Virus record (IMG/VR): IMGVR_UViG_3300031841_004047
Length of the DNA stretch: 64,000 bases
Reading direction: 5' to 3' (one strand)
DNA from: a virus
Shown: positions 50,927 to 61,184 of the stretch, one piece after another
Layout of the letters: the number at the start of each line of letters is the position of its first letter
How positions within the stretch are numbered: position 1 is the first letter of the stretch
Notes under the pieces: generated by a model
Database searches by the model: none
What the model was told of the DNA's origin: nothing
The model's input: only the letters and a program-made list of their open reading frames with translations
Program-made: the position numbers and the translations under genes

Positions 50927-51660
50927 TGTCATATTTTAGATTTTTTCCCAGTGTAAACTATAGGTTTGGAAACGAGTTATCATATAACTTATTTCCACAA
51001 TTGAACGCCTATGTCGATTTGATAGATCAAGTAAAAGACGCCAATAGCTTTTACTTATACGTTGATGTTAAAGATGGAGACAGACCGGACCACGTCTCAT
51101 ATGGTTTGTATGAAACTACACAACATTACTGGACCTTTTACTTACTTAATGATCATATAAGAAGACAAGGATGGCCTATATCGGATAATGAAGTCGTAGA
51201 CTTCGCAAAGAAAAACTTTCCAAACAGAACACTTACTTTTAGAGAACACCTATACGATAAGTTTCAGATTGGAGAAGTTTTAACTGGAACTCAGAGCGCA
51301 GCCACCGGTACTGTTGTATCAAGAAATCTGAATCTTGGTCAAATAGTAGTTAAACCTACAAACAGCTATACCTTTTCAGCGAATGAATCCGTATATAGTT
51401 TAATAAACGGAGTTACTACTTCCGCAACTACCGTAGCATCAACTTTGGAATACTTGTCTGTTCATCACTACGAGGATGGGAATCAAGAAATAGCAGACTT
51501 CAACCCAGCACTTGGCCCTGGTTCTGAGTTATCGGCTAAGACTTGGTTTGACATATGTATGGAAGAAAACCAAAAACTTAAAAAAATTAAAGCCTTTAGA
51601 CCAGATGTCATTGATGATATAGTAGACAAATTTAGAACGGAATTGAGGACTAGCTTATAA
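50926..51660 (+). CDS. gp53: Baseplate wedge protein (LysM-like)
   Basis: MSYFRFFP, VKDGDRPD.VS..LY....HYWTF.LLND...GWP. Confidence 0.88.
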   Translation: MSYFRFFPSVNYRFGNELSYNLFPQLNAYVDLIDQVKDANSFYLYVDVKDGDRPDHVSYGLYETTQHYWTFYLLNDHIRRQGWPISDNEVVDFAKKNFPNRTLTFREHLYDKFQIGEVLTGTQSAATGTVVSRNLNLGQIVVKPTNSYTFSANESVYSLINGVTTSATTVASTLEYLSVHHYEDGNQEIADFNPALGPGSELSAKTWFDICMEENQKLKKIKAFRPDVIDDIVDKFRTELRTSL

Positions 51661-53078
51661 TGAGTTCTGATAAATCTGATAGACAGTTTACCACTCCTCA
51701 GTCTTATCAAGTGGTTGATATTCAAGTCAACACACCAAGATACGCTAATATTGACTCCAGGGGATTCAATATCAGAAATATGGTTTCAGAAATAAATCTA
51801 TATGAGCACATCGATAAACCTTACATAACTGGAAACATGTTTATAGCGGATGCTCCAGGTGGATTAAGTATTACTAATAGCTTGAATATAATGGGTACCG
51901 AGAATATTTTAATTAAGCTTAGAACTGCATCAAACAACGTTAGTGTTAACGGTGATCCATTAGAAATAGAAAAAAGATTCGTTGTAACAGAAATCATAGC
52001 GCAAAATAAAAGTTCTGATAGGTCCGAAGGTTTTATTATAAGTTTTGTGGAAGATCACGCATACTTATCCGCACTTATTAACTTAAATAGATCATATAAC
52101 GGAACCGTTAAAGAAATAATTACTCAGATACTAAAAGAAGAACTGGATAGAGAATTGATCTCTAGACCTGAAGTTCAGTATGAACCCTTTCAAGATAAGT
52201 TGACTCGTGTTATAATCCCAAACCTTAATCCCTTGAAGGCCGTGAACTGGTTAAAGGATAGAGTGACCACGGAAAAAGGATACCCATTTTATCTGTATAG
52301 CAGCATTGGTGATGACAAGTTAAGGTTCCTTGATCTAGAATCGATGCTTGAATTAAACGCGATCAACGATGAACCTTTACCCGCCTATACTTTTGGATCA
52401 TCACTAACGTCTACTCCTCCCGGTGCAATTTCCGACCAAAGAGAAGCTTACAATATAATAGAGTTCCATCTATCAAGATCCGATAACTCAATAGAACTTT
52501 CGAAAAGAGGATTTACCGGAGCAAGATACAACTTTGTCGATACAACAACTGGAAGACAAGAAAAAGTGGATTTTCATATTCTTGATGTGTATAAAGACTT
52601 AGTTGAAAGAAAACTACTGGATGGTCTAAGCGATACTCCGCTTTATGACTATAGAGCTCTTTTTGATGATTCCCGAATGGATGAGTTTGCGTCTAGAGAA
52701 ATTACTACGTATATAACGTCTGGTCAGTATCAAGATTTCAATGACTACGGAAGCTACCATGAAGCCGTGACACCTGAACTATGTAGAAATAAAGTTGTCG
52801 CCAAGAGTCTAAGACATTGGTTACACAAAAGCCCGTTGACTATCGTTGTCCCCGGAAGAAATTTTTTAAAAAGAAATAATAACATGACTCTTGGAAATAA
52901 GATTAGAGTAATGTTTATCTCTGCTTCAGAAAGAACTGGATCAGTAAGAGATATACTAGATTTGAAGAAAACCGGCAGCTACATAATTAATTCAGCCAAA
53001 CACACTTTTATAGGACAAACTACAAACCAAAGCTATACGGTGACATTAAACTTAGTTAGACTAGGAGGGGCTATATAA
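51660..53078 (+). CDS. Baseplate hub protein (gp27-like)
   Basis: INLYEHIDKPYITG, IIPNLNP, G.Y.I....H.F; position between gp53 and gp5. Confidence 0.65.
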   Translation: MSSDKSDRQFTTPQSYQVVDIQVNTPRYANIDSRGFNIRNMVSEINLYEHIDKPYITGNMFIADAPGGLSITNSLNIMGTENILIKLRTASNNVSVNGDPLEIEKRFVVTEIIAQNKSSDRSEGFIISFVEDHAYLSALINLNRSYNGTVKEIITQILKEELDRELISRPEVQYEPFQDKLTRVIIPNLNPLKAVNWLKDRVTTEKGYPFYLYSSIGDDKLRFLDLESMLELNAINDEPLPAYTFGSSLTSTPPGAISDQREAYNIIEFHLSRSDNSIELSKRGFTGARYNFVDTTTGRQEKVDFHILDVYKDLVERKLLDGLSDTPLYDYRALFDDSRMDEFASREITTYITSGQYQDFNDYGSYHEAVTPELCRNKVVAKSLRHWLHKSPLTIVVPGRNFLKRNNNMTLGNKIRVMFISASERTGSVRDILDLKKTGSYIINSAKHTFIGQTTNQSYTVTLNLVRLGGAI

Positions 53079-53995
53079 TGGTGAAGTCTCTTAATTTCGA
53101 TACTCCAGAAGAAAATTCAAAATGGTTCTTCGCAAGAGTTATTTCCAACAGAGATCCTCTCGGTCTCGGTAGACTTAAAATTCGAATCATAGGTATGCAT
53201 TCTTCCGATATAGTTCTTTTACCTGAAAAAGATCTTCCTTGGGCCCAGGTTATCGGAGCTACTTCTTCATCTGGTAACGGTCTATTTATGAGTACAACTC
53301 CAGATAGTTTCGTCTTTGGTACCTTCATAGACGGTGCTTCTGCTCAGATACCAATTATATTTGGAGCTGTACCGTATAAAGTAACACCAAGCTTGACTCA
53401 AAGCGATGATCCAAGAAACGAAAGTCAGTATATAAGAGATCAATCTTTTGGGGGTCTACCATCCAGCTCGTTAAGTGTTCAAGAAAAAGGAAGTGTTCCA
53501 GAAACAGTATTTGACTTCTTTGCACTCAATGGGTTCAGTCTTGAACAGGCTGCTGGATTCGTAGGTAACTTTCATGCTGAATCAAAGAATAACCCGGCTG
53601 CTAAGAATCCTAATGATAAGGGTCTACCCGCACAAGGTCTAGCTCAATGGAGAGGAGATAGGCTAAGACAGCTTAAAGCTTTCGCTAGAGAGATAAAGAT
53701 TCCAGAAAATTCTCAAGTATCATCTCAAGACGAGTGGTATCTAACAGCAGATGTTCAGCTTCCATTCGTTTTATGGGAATTATCAAGTACAGAAAAAGTT
53801 GCGGCTGGACATATAAGAGCCGCGACTACAGCGAGAGAAGCAGCCATCGCAATATGCAGAAGGTATGAAAGACCAGAGAATAAGATAGTAAATGGTGTTT
53901 ACACTAGCCCCTCTTTAGATCTGAGAATTCAAGTCGCCGAAGAGGCGTTGGAAAATTTTGGAAGAGCAGCTGCTACTGGTCCGACTGTTAGATAG
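53078..53995 (+). CDS. gp5: gp5 N-terminal OB-fold domain fused to a phage-tail-lysozyme domain
   Basis: DPLGLGRLKIRIIGMH...LPWAQ, VFGTFIDG..AQ.P; then QAAGFVGNFHAES, GLAQWRGDR, ERP. Confidence 0.85.
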   Translation: MVKSLNFDTPEENSKWFFARVISNRDPLGLGRLKIRIIGMHSSDIVLLPEKDLPWAQVIGATSSSGNGLFMSTTPDSFVFGTFIDGASAQIPIIFGAVPYKVTPSLTQSDDPRNESQYIRDQSFGGLPSSSLSVQEKGSVPETVFDFFALNGFSLEQAAGFVGNFHAESKNNPAAKNPNDKGLPAQGLAQWRGDRLRQLKAFAREIKIPENSQVSSQDEWYLTADVQLPFVLWELSSTEKVAAGHIRAATTAREAAIAICRRYERPENKIVNGVYTSPSLDLRIQVAEEALENFGRAAATGPTVR

Positions 53996-54006
53996 AAAGG
54001 TATATA

Positions 54007-55587
54007 ATGACGAGTGTTAATAAACTTCCAATAAATGATTTGAGAGATCAACTTACTAGTGTTGCTAGTAACACAAATATCTCATCAAGCATAATAAAAA
54101 TTTCTCAATCAGTTAAAAAATTTTCGTCTACCCAGAGTACGGTTTTGGGCAGAGAGTTTGGAGAAGTTATCGGCGGTGTTCAGAGCCTAACTCAGGAAGA
54201 TGAGTTTCCAGCGACTGATAACATTCAATCTTCGGTAGCACCAATGGCAACACTTACGGCTGCAGCACAAAGTACTCTAACAAAAACTTTGTCTAATAGT
54301 TCTGATGCGAGTAAATTAACTAATTCTTCAAATGCTACTAACGGTTTTCTGGAAGCAACATTACTATTGGGCTCACCTCAATCAATTAAAAACGCTGTCT
54401 CAAAATCATCGGGTGTGGATTTACCAGCTGGTAGCCTGCTTCCCTTTGTTCCTTCTAATCTTCAAGATGTTGCTGGTGAAGCTCTTGATAATTTAAACAC
54501 TGCATCAAATTTTTCTCAACAACTATCATCTTTAAATTTAAATATTCCATCGGCTGTAGGTGAGATAAGTACAGCAATCAACTCTTTAATAGGCAGCGTA
54601 GGTAACGGGATTATAGGTAAGTCTTTACTAAGTAAAAGCAACATCTTCAAAGAATTCTTAACGGAGGTTACTAAGGGTGGTTTAAGTGAAGAAGATTTAG
54701 ATCTCGGAGTTGATCTGATTCTTCAAAATAAAAACAGTCAAGTTCTTGATCTAGTAGCATCGAGTCCATCAACTGCATATGGACCGGCCGATCTTGATAC
54801 TATCATAAGTCAAGTAAATTCTTCGGTATCATCAAACATTGACATTGGATCTTTAGAAACCGGATTTAGATCAAGTCGTGATGAAAGAGATTTATCTAAT
54901 ACAAGAACTTCATTTGAAGACACTGGAACCGGAGATTTTTCTGGGTATACTTTTGATGAAGTTGGAAGTGTAGAAGAACTCATAGCTGAGCTTAAGGGTG
55001 TAAACAGGCCTATAACTGAGACCGTAGTTCACTGGACTGCACACTATAATAATCAACCATACGTTGGAGCTAGAGAGCTTCACGAAATAGCATTAAGTAG
55101 AGGATTTTCTAGAGGATGTTCTTATCATTATATAATTAAACAGAATGGAATAATTGAAAGAGGAAGACCAGTAAATATTATTGGCGCCCATGCAAAAGCC
55201 GCTGGTCATAACAACTTTAGTATAGGAGTATCGATGGTTGGAGGTTATAACTGTCCAGTAGGAACGGCTCAACCGGATAGATACATAAGCAGTGAAAGTT
55301 TAAATCAAGCTCAGTTTGATTCACTTGATAAATATTTCAGAGCTTTCTTTACGGTGTTTCCTGGAGCTCAGGCTTTTGGCCATAGAGATTTTGATCTAAA
55401 TAAAGTGGATCCCGGTTTCGACGTAAGCGGATACATTGAGACTAAATTTAATAAGACTAACGTAAAGAGTCCTACTGAAGGTCCAGCTACTCTATCAGAA
55501 ATCGCTACTCTGAGAGGAGAACAGACCGAAGGAGAGAATATTGAAGCATATGATCCGACCACAGTAGCGCTACTGGAGGATATCTAA
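54007..55587 (+). CDS. Virion protein with a C-terminal N-acetylmuramoyl-L-alanine amidase (T7 lysozyme-like) domain
   Basis: VVHWTA, YHYII, GAHA, SIGVSMVGG, GHRDF...DPGFD. Confidence 0.85.
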   Translation: MTSVNKLPINDLRDQLTSVASNTNISSSIIKISQSVKKFSSTQSTVLGREFGEVIGGVQSLTQEDEFPATDNIQSSVAPMATLTAAAQSTLTKTLSNSSDASKLTNSSNATNGFLEATLLLGSPQSIKNAVSKSSGVDLPAGSLLPFVPSNLQDVAGEALDNLNTASNFSQQLSSLNLNIPSAVGEISTAINSLIGSVGNGIIGKSLLSKSNIFKEFLTEVTKGGLSEEDLDLGVDLILQNKNSQVLDLVASSPSTAYGPADLDTIISQVNSSVSSNIDIGSLETGFRSSRDERDLSNTRTSFEDTGTGDFSGYTFDEVGSVEELIAELKGVNRPITETVVHWTAHYNNQPYVGARELHEIALSRGFSRGCSYHYIIKQNGIIERGRPVNIIGAHAKAAGHNNFSIGVSMVGGYNCPVGTAQPDRYISSESLNQAQFDSLDKYFRAFFTVFPGAQAFGHRDFDLNKVDPGFDVSGYIETKFNKTNVKSPTEGPATLSEIATLRGEQTEGENIEAYDPTTVALLEDI

Positions 55588-57648
55588 ATGACCAGTGAAA
55601 ATGATGATCTAATTGATAGAAAGAAAATAGATGGTACGACCGCGGTCGATAACGAGGGAATTACTCAAGATGGATTTGGAGATCCATCCGGTACTTATCC
55701 AGATCCCGGCTACTACTTTCAATCAAGTATAAACAAATCAGTCGTCGGTAGTGAGATAAACAACTTAAGAGTTAATGCCGGTATTCCTGGGATTAACGTA
55801 GCATCTCAGCAAAAAGTCTCTTCACAATATCCACTTAACACGATGATTAAAACTCCAAGGGGACACGTCTTTGAATTAAACGATACTCCAGCTGGTGAGA
55901 GAATTCTTTTGCTTCACAAAGATGGAGCCGGGATTGATATAAGACCAGACGGAAGCGTTATCATAAATTCTAGAGGGAATAGAGTCGATGTATCAAATGG
56001 TGATCATCGTTTAGTCGTTGAGGGTAACGGTAATGTTTCATACTTTGGCAACTTAAACTTAAATGTTTCCGGTGACTATAATGTTACTGTGGGTGGTAAC
56101 TACACCTTAAAGGTATCCGGCAACTACGTTCAAAACATAGTTGGGAGTTTATTTACGACAGTAAACGGTATTTTGAAAGAAGTCGTATCAAAGTCTAAAT
56201 CGGTCATTACACTAGGTGGTTCTACTTTATTCAGTAATGGGAATGTTTCAAACTATGTTAAAGGGCTTTATACTTCAGTTGTGAAAGGTACAGCATCTTA
56301 TAGTCATGGCGGTACTGTTTCAATAACTGCGGAGACAGAATTTGATATTGCATCTAATAACATAAACGTAGTCGGCAATGATGTTACTTTTGCTGGTCAT
56401 ACAGGAACTATAGGCGGTGAGAACGTAATAGCATACGCTAAGAACGCTTACATAGGAAAAACTGTTCATTCGGAAACGGTTCAAACCACCGTTGCTAGAG
56501 CAACTACGTTTCATGGTGATTTAGTGGGTGATGTTAACGGAGTTGCTAAAGGCGCTCTGACCGCAAACTCAGCTCCAAGAAAAGGAGGAGGTGGGCAGAG
56601 TCAAAATGTCACTGTAAACAACACCAAAGCAGATACTACTGCCACAGCCAAACCAACCGTAGCACTGATGGATGACATCTTAAAAAATTCTGAGTTAGGA
56701 GTTAAACTAGTAAAGATTGATGAAGATGGTGGCATATTTAATCAGTATAATAGAAGTGAAGCTTCAGGAGGCTTAACTGAAAGAAAGTTAAGTGCTGTTG
56801 GAGAATGTAGATCTATACTTAAAGACGAGGCAAACTTACAAAACTCAAACTTTATAGCGACAAGTATAAGTGAAGGAATACTAAGTGCTAATTTTGCAAA
56901 TCAATCTCCTCCAAATATTGGTAGACTGAGAAACTCATCTACGACCTCCAGGATAGGTAGAGAAATTATAGGACCTAAGAGCCCAACTAGAAACAATGAT
57001 AAGTATAAGCCAGCCGATGTATCATCCAGATCGACTCAGTTTACGACTCCTCTTGATGCTAAGTTTAACCCAAACAACAGGCAGTCAATAACTCTTAAGA
57101 CTCTACTTGATAAGAATATACCTTTATCAAGATTTACTGGTGCTACTGGAGATAAAGTCACTCTTAACCATATAAGAACTGAAGCGGAAAAGTTTCAGAT
57201 TGCTAGAAACTTCTATGTTCATGCTCAAGTAATCTCAATGTTTAGGAACCTGGATCAGTTTAAAAACTTTAGTATAATGGTAGCCGAGGGCTTATACGTT
57301 AAGGGACCCAATGAAACACCTACTAAAGACAGCTTTAATGATCTGGCTACTACGGGTAGAGCTGTAGCCTATGAGATCTATAACTCGAGTGGAACGTTAT
57401 CTCCGACAGCAATGTTTGATTATGCAGAATTCTTGAAAGATAACTTCCATTACGATAAGCTAGAACTTTCATATGATCAGTTTCACCCAAATCAAAGTCT
57501 ACACTGTCAAATCATTGTTGAGATACCAGCTATTCCTAAAAGTTTTAGTGCTAACTTTAAGATGCAGCTTTCAACAAAGTTTAATGGAAAATCTCAAAGT
57601 GAGTCAGATCTTATTGAAATAACACTTCCAGTAACAGGACCTCAGTAG
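55588..57648 (+). CDS. gp5 C-terminal part (beta-helix needle) with a peptidase M15-like C-terminal domain
   Basis: YP.N....TPRGHVFELNDTP..ERI...H, V.GN.N..V.G repeats; C-terminal EGLY...GRAV..E...YD segment. Confidence 0.72.
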   Translation: MTSENDDLIDRKKIDGTTAVDNEGITQDGFGDPSGTYPDPGYYFQSSINKSVVGSEINNLRVNAGIPGINVASQQKVSSQYPLNTMIKTPRGHVFELNDTPAGERILLLHKDGAGIDIRPDGSVIINSRGNRVDVSNGDHRLVVEGNGNVSYFGNLNLNVSGDYNVTVGGNYTLKVSGNYVQNIVGSLFTTVNGILKEVVSKSKSVITLGGSTLFSNGNVSNYVKGLYTSVVKGTASYSHGGTVSITAETEFDIASNNINVVGNDVTFAGHTGTIGGENVIAYAKNAYIGKTVHSETVQTTVARATTFHGDLVGDVNGVAKGALTANSAPRKGGGGQSQNVTVNNTKADTTATAKPTVALMDDILKNSELGVKLVKIDEDGGIFNQYNRSEASGGLTERKLSAVGECRSILKDEANLQNSNFIATSISEGILSANFANQSPPNIGRLRNSSTTSRIGREIIGPKSPTRNNDKYKPADVSSRSTQFTTPLDAKFNPNNRQSITLKTLLDKNIPLSRFTGATGDKVTLNHIRTEAEKFQIARNFYVHAQVISMFRNLDQFKNFSIMVAEGLYVKGPNETPTKDSFNDLATTGRAVAYEIYNSSGTLSPTAMFDYAEFLKDNFHYDKLELSYDQFHPNQSLHCQIIVEIPAIPKSFSANFKMQLSTKFNGKSQSESDLIEITLPVTGPQ

Positions 57649-57653
57649 TTCTT

Positions 57654-57661
57654 TATAAATA
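57654..57661 (+). promoter_or_regulatory. T4-type late promoter
   Basis: TATAAATA. Confidence 0.85.
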
Positions 57662-57686
57662 CTAACATATATTTAGAAGGTAACCA

Positions 57687-58160
57687 ATGGCTTTAACAAG
57701 AACATTTTCAGAAGAAGACGGAAACTTAGCTTCGTCTCTTGTTACTTCTCGAATACATAAGAGCAGTGACATTAATCTTCTTTTTAAATCAAAAAGAATT
57801 GCCAGCGGTACATCCGAATCAGAGTGGCGTGGGGACATATATAAGACTTTTGATGCGGCGGCAGTAAAGCAGTCCGTAAAAAATATAATTATGACAAATT
57901 TTGGTGAGAAACCATTCAATTTTGGCTTTGGTGCCGACATAGTCGCATACTTATTTGAACTAACAGATGATGAGACTGAAAACGATATAAAGGTATCGAT
58001 TGAAGAAGCGATTGAGATTTATGAACCAAGAGCGGAAATTTTAGACATACAGTGTAGAGTAGTCCCCGATCAAAACTCAATAACTGTTACTATAAAGTTT
58101 AAAATAGTTAATTCTTTAGAAGTAGTAGTTCTTGAAACACAGATAGCAAGGTTAAGATAG
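57687..58160 (+). CDS. gp25: Baseplate wedge subunit
   Basis: AVKQSVKNIIMTNFGEKPF...FG......LFE, IEIYEPRA. Confidence 0.93.
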   Translation: MALTRTFSEEDGNLASSLVTSRIHKSSDINLLFKSKRIASGTSESEWRGDIYKTFDAAAVKQSVKNIIMTNFGEKPFNFGFGADIVAYLFELTDDETENDIKVSIEEAIEIYEPRAEILDIQCRVVPDQNSITVTIKFKIVNSLEVVVLETQIARLR

Positions 58161-60053
58161 ATGGCAACAAATATACAGTCTACAAAACTGGACTTTAATA
58201 ACATAAAAAATAGACTTAAAGCTTATTTTAAAAATAAAGATGAGTTTAACGACTATGATTTTGAAGGGTCTGGATTGAGCAACATACTAGATGTTTTGGC
58301 ATATAATACTCACATTAATGGGTTGGTAAGTAACTTTGCTACTAACGAATCTTTCTTGCATACGGCTCAGTTAAGATCCTCCATGATAGGTCATGCCGAA
58401 AACTTAGGTCTTGATATTAGATCAAAGACCGCAGCTCAAGCAACGGTCAGGTTACAAGTCAATGCTCAGGAACAGGTTAATAGACCAGCTAGCATAGTTC
58501 TTCCTCAATATACTGTTTTTACTGGAAGTAATAGCGAATCTACTCATAGCTTTTTAACGTTGAAGAAGTATACTGCTTCGGATGATGGAACTGGAATTTA
58601 TAAGTTTATGGATGAAGATTCTAATGAAGATATTATCATTCATCAAGGAAAGATAAAAACAAAAACATTTTATGTTGGTCAAGTATCAGAAAGTCAAGTC
58701 TTTATAATTACTGATAAGACCATAGATACTTCAACAGCAGTAGTAAAGGTCTTCCCTTCTCCGGAGTCTACTAGCTTCATAGAATATACGCCTCTTAATA
58801 AAGCTATTAAAGTATCTTCAACTTCTATGTATTATACTTTAAGGGAAGTTCCAAACGGAAACTATGAACTTAATTTTGGAGACGGAGTAACTTTTGGTCA
58901 AACTCCGCCGACAGGTTCAAGAGTAGAAGTTGATTATTTGTCAACCGAAGCAAGTCTTGGTAACGGAGCAACTTCTTTTACTACTAGCGCTAGTTTCGCT
59001 ATGCCTGGAACGAAACCCTTAATCGTTCAGGCCAGATCAGCTGCGGTTGGAGGAGCTGAACCTGATTCCATTGAAAGAATAAGACAACTCGCACCTCAAG
59101 CCTTCGCTACTCAACAGAGATTGGTTACTACTGAAGATTATAAGTCCATGATACTGAGTAAGTTTAGTACAGTAAGTGATGTAGCGGTGTGGGGAGGTGA
59201 GCAGAATACACCCGTAGAATACGGAAAAGTTTTCATATCTCTTCTGTTTAATGATGGAATAAGTCAGAATAGTAAAGAAGCTATTAAAACTCAGATTAGA
59301 TCAAACTTTACTGATCAGCTTTCTATAATGTCGATCACTCCGGTGTTCGTAGATCCAGTTGAGCTATACTTGAATCTTGGTATAGAATTCAACTACAACC
59401 CAGATCTAACGGGTTACACATTAAATGCTTTAGAATCAAGATTAACTACTGAAGTACTAAGACATTTTTCTGAAGAGATCGGTTCATTTGGTGAAGTCTT
59501 TAGAAGATCTCAACTTCTTTCAGATGTGGATGCATTCGATGATTCCATACTTTCATCTAAGACTACGGTTGAGATGGAACTAAGATTAACACCTACTTTA
59601 AATACTGCTCAATCATACATACTTTACTACCCGGCCGCCATACAATCAGCTGCTGGAGAGCTAGTAAGACTGGAATCATTTAGTTCTGAAGATCTATTGA
59701 AGCAAGACATCGCACGCATAGAAAGCAGCACTTTTACTCATGATGGAATTTCAGGAAAATGTAAGATAATAAACAGATCAAGATCAAACATCCTTGAGGT
59801 AATCAATATAGATAACAACAATAAAGTTGAGATTGATAACATAGGTTCTTATAACGAATCAACTGGAACAGTTTCATTGAATAACTTTTATCCAGTAAAC
59901 ATTATTAGTCCAGTTAACTACATAACATTCATGGCTAAACCTAGAGATGAATCAATCATTAGAACATTAAGAAATTATGTTATCAGATATAATACAAACA
60001 AATCTTTCATAAGCGGAAGTGTAGATAGAGAAACGTTAAGAGTATCCTTATAA
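58161..60053 (+). CDS. gp6: Baseplate wedge subunit
   Basis: LDFNNIK..LK.YF, DYDFEGS.LS.ILDVLAYNTH, ESFLHTAQLRSS, QQRLVTTEDY, WGGE, YGKVFIS. Confidence 0.96.
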   Translation: MATNIQSTKLDFNNIKNRLKAYFKNKDEFNDYDFEGSGLSNILDVLAYNTHINGLVSNFATNESFLHTAQLRSSMIGHAENLGLDIRSKTAAQATVRLQVNAQEQVNRPASIVLPQYTVFTGSNSESTHSFLTLKKYTASDDGTGIYKFMDEDSNEDIIIHQGKIKTKTFYVGQVSESQVFIITDKTIDTSTAVVKVFPSPESTSFIEYTPLNKAIKVSSTSMYYTLREVPNGNYELNFGDGVTFGQTPPTGSRVEVDYLSTEASLGNGATSFTTSASFAMPGTKPLIVQARSAAVGGAEPDSIERIRQLAPQAFATQQRLVTTEDYKSMILSKFSTVSDVAVWGGEQNTPVEYGKVFISLLFNDGISQNSKEAIKTQIRSNFTDQLSIMSITPVFVDPVELYLNLGIEFNYNPDLTGYTLNALESRLTTEVLRHFSEEIGSFGEVFRRSQLLSDVDAFDDSILSSKTTVEMELRLTPTLNTAQSYILYYPAAIQSAAGELVRLESFSSEDLLKQDIARIESSTFTHDGISGKCKIINRSRSNILEVINIDNNNKVEIDNIGSYNESTGTVSLNNFYPVNIISPVNYITFMAKPRDESIIRTLRNYVIRYNTNKSFISGSVDRETLRVSL

Positions 60054-61141
60054 TGCCGGTAAATAATAATTTTGATAGATTAGACTTACAGATAGGACTT
60101 GAACGTAACCTCGTTAAAGAGGTTCTTCCGTATTACTTCAGGACCGACTACCCCAATCTTATAACTTTTTTAGAAGGATACTATGAGTTTCTAGAAAGCG
60201 AAGATGAGTTTGGAGCTTTAATTCATGATCTTTATCAAATAAGAGATATCGAAACAAATAACTTAAAATTTTTAGATAATATGTTTAAGGAATATGCTTT
60301 CGGTTTATCTCAATCTTTTTTTACTAATCCAAGAGAAAGCATAAGAAATTTTGCTAGATTCTTTAGAGTAAAGGGTACAAAGTATTCGGCCGAGGGTTTT
60401 TTTAGAGCTTTCTTTGATGAAGAAGTCGAAGTAGAATACCCAAAAAATAGTCTGTTTATTCTAAACGAATCAGAAATCGGAGTAGATTCTAGAAAAATTT
60501 TACAAGACGGTGCTGCTTATCAAGTATTGTCAGTATTAATTAAAGCACCTCTATCCTTTCAAACTTGGGAGGAACTATATAGAAAGTTTGTTCACCCAAC
60601 AGGTTTCTTTTTATCTAATGAAGTAGTGATAGTCGCATCTCAAAGTAACCCTATATCAGCGGGTCCAACTACCATAAATGAATCAGACGGTCATATTCTT
60701 ATTACTGATCAATTTACTAATCTGGTTACTACGATTTATACGGATCCAACTATTCTTGCTAACATGGGATCAGTAGCATACAGAAGAGATATAGAAGGAA
60801 ACTATATAACTTACAATGATTCTTATGGCTACTTTAGGTTTCAAGAAAGTGATACTAGCTACACTGATTTAGATGCTGGAAGTAATCAGGTTTTCGTTGC
60901 TCGTTTAGATCCCGATCAAACTGTAAGAATATACAAAGATTTCAGTATACCTTATCTTGAGACAAAATATTCAAGCATCTACAACTGGATACAAGAAACA
61001 TCACATACTCTTGATAATACTATGATTGAACGTAGAAACCCATCTTCCGGAGACTTCCACTCTATCGACTTGTCAAGTACTCTTGAAGAGATCTCACAAG
61101 ATTTATATGATTCAAATTTCACCGGTGCTTTTGGATCTTAG
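60053..61141 (+). CDS. gp7: Baseplate wedge initiator-like protein
   Basis: DYPNLITFLEGYYEFLE, FFRVKGT..S...FFR.FF.E.VEV.YP, KFVHPTGF; located between gp6 and gp8. Confidence 0.72.
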   Translation: MPVNNNFDRLDLQIGLERNLVKEVLPYYFRTDYPNLITFLEGYYEFLESEDEFGALIHDLYQIRDIETNNLKFLDNMFKEYAFGLSQSFFTNPRESIRNFARFFRVKGTKYSAEGFFRAFFDEEVEVEYPKNSLFILNESEIGVDSRKILQDGAAYQVLSVLIKAPLSFQTWEELYRKFVHPTGFFLSNEVVIVASQSNPISAGPTTINESDGHILITDQFTNLVTTIYTDPTILANMGSVAYRRDIEGNYITYNDSYGYFRFQESDTSYTDLDAGSNQVFVARLDPDQTVRIYKDFSIPYLETKYSSIYNWIQETSHTLDNTMIERRNPSSGDFHSIDLSSTLEEISQDLYDSNFTGAFGS

Positions 61142-61150
61142 TAAAAACTA

Positions 61151-61158
61151 TATAAATA
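61151..61158 (+). promoter_or_regulatory. T4-type late promoter
   Basis: TATAAATA. Confidence 0.85.
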
Positions 61159-61184
61159 ATACAACAAAACAATAGGACTCCGTC

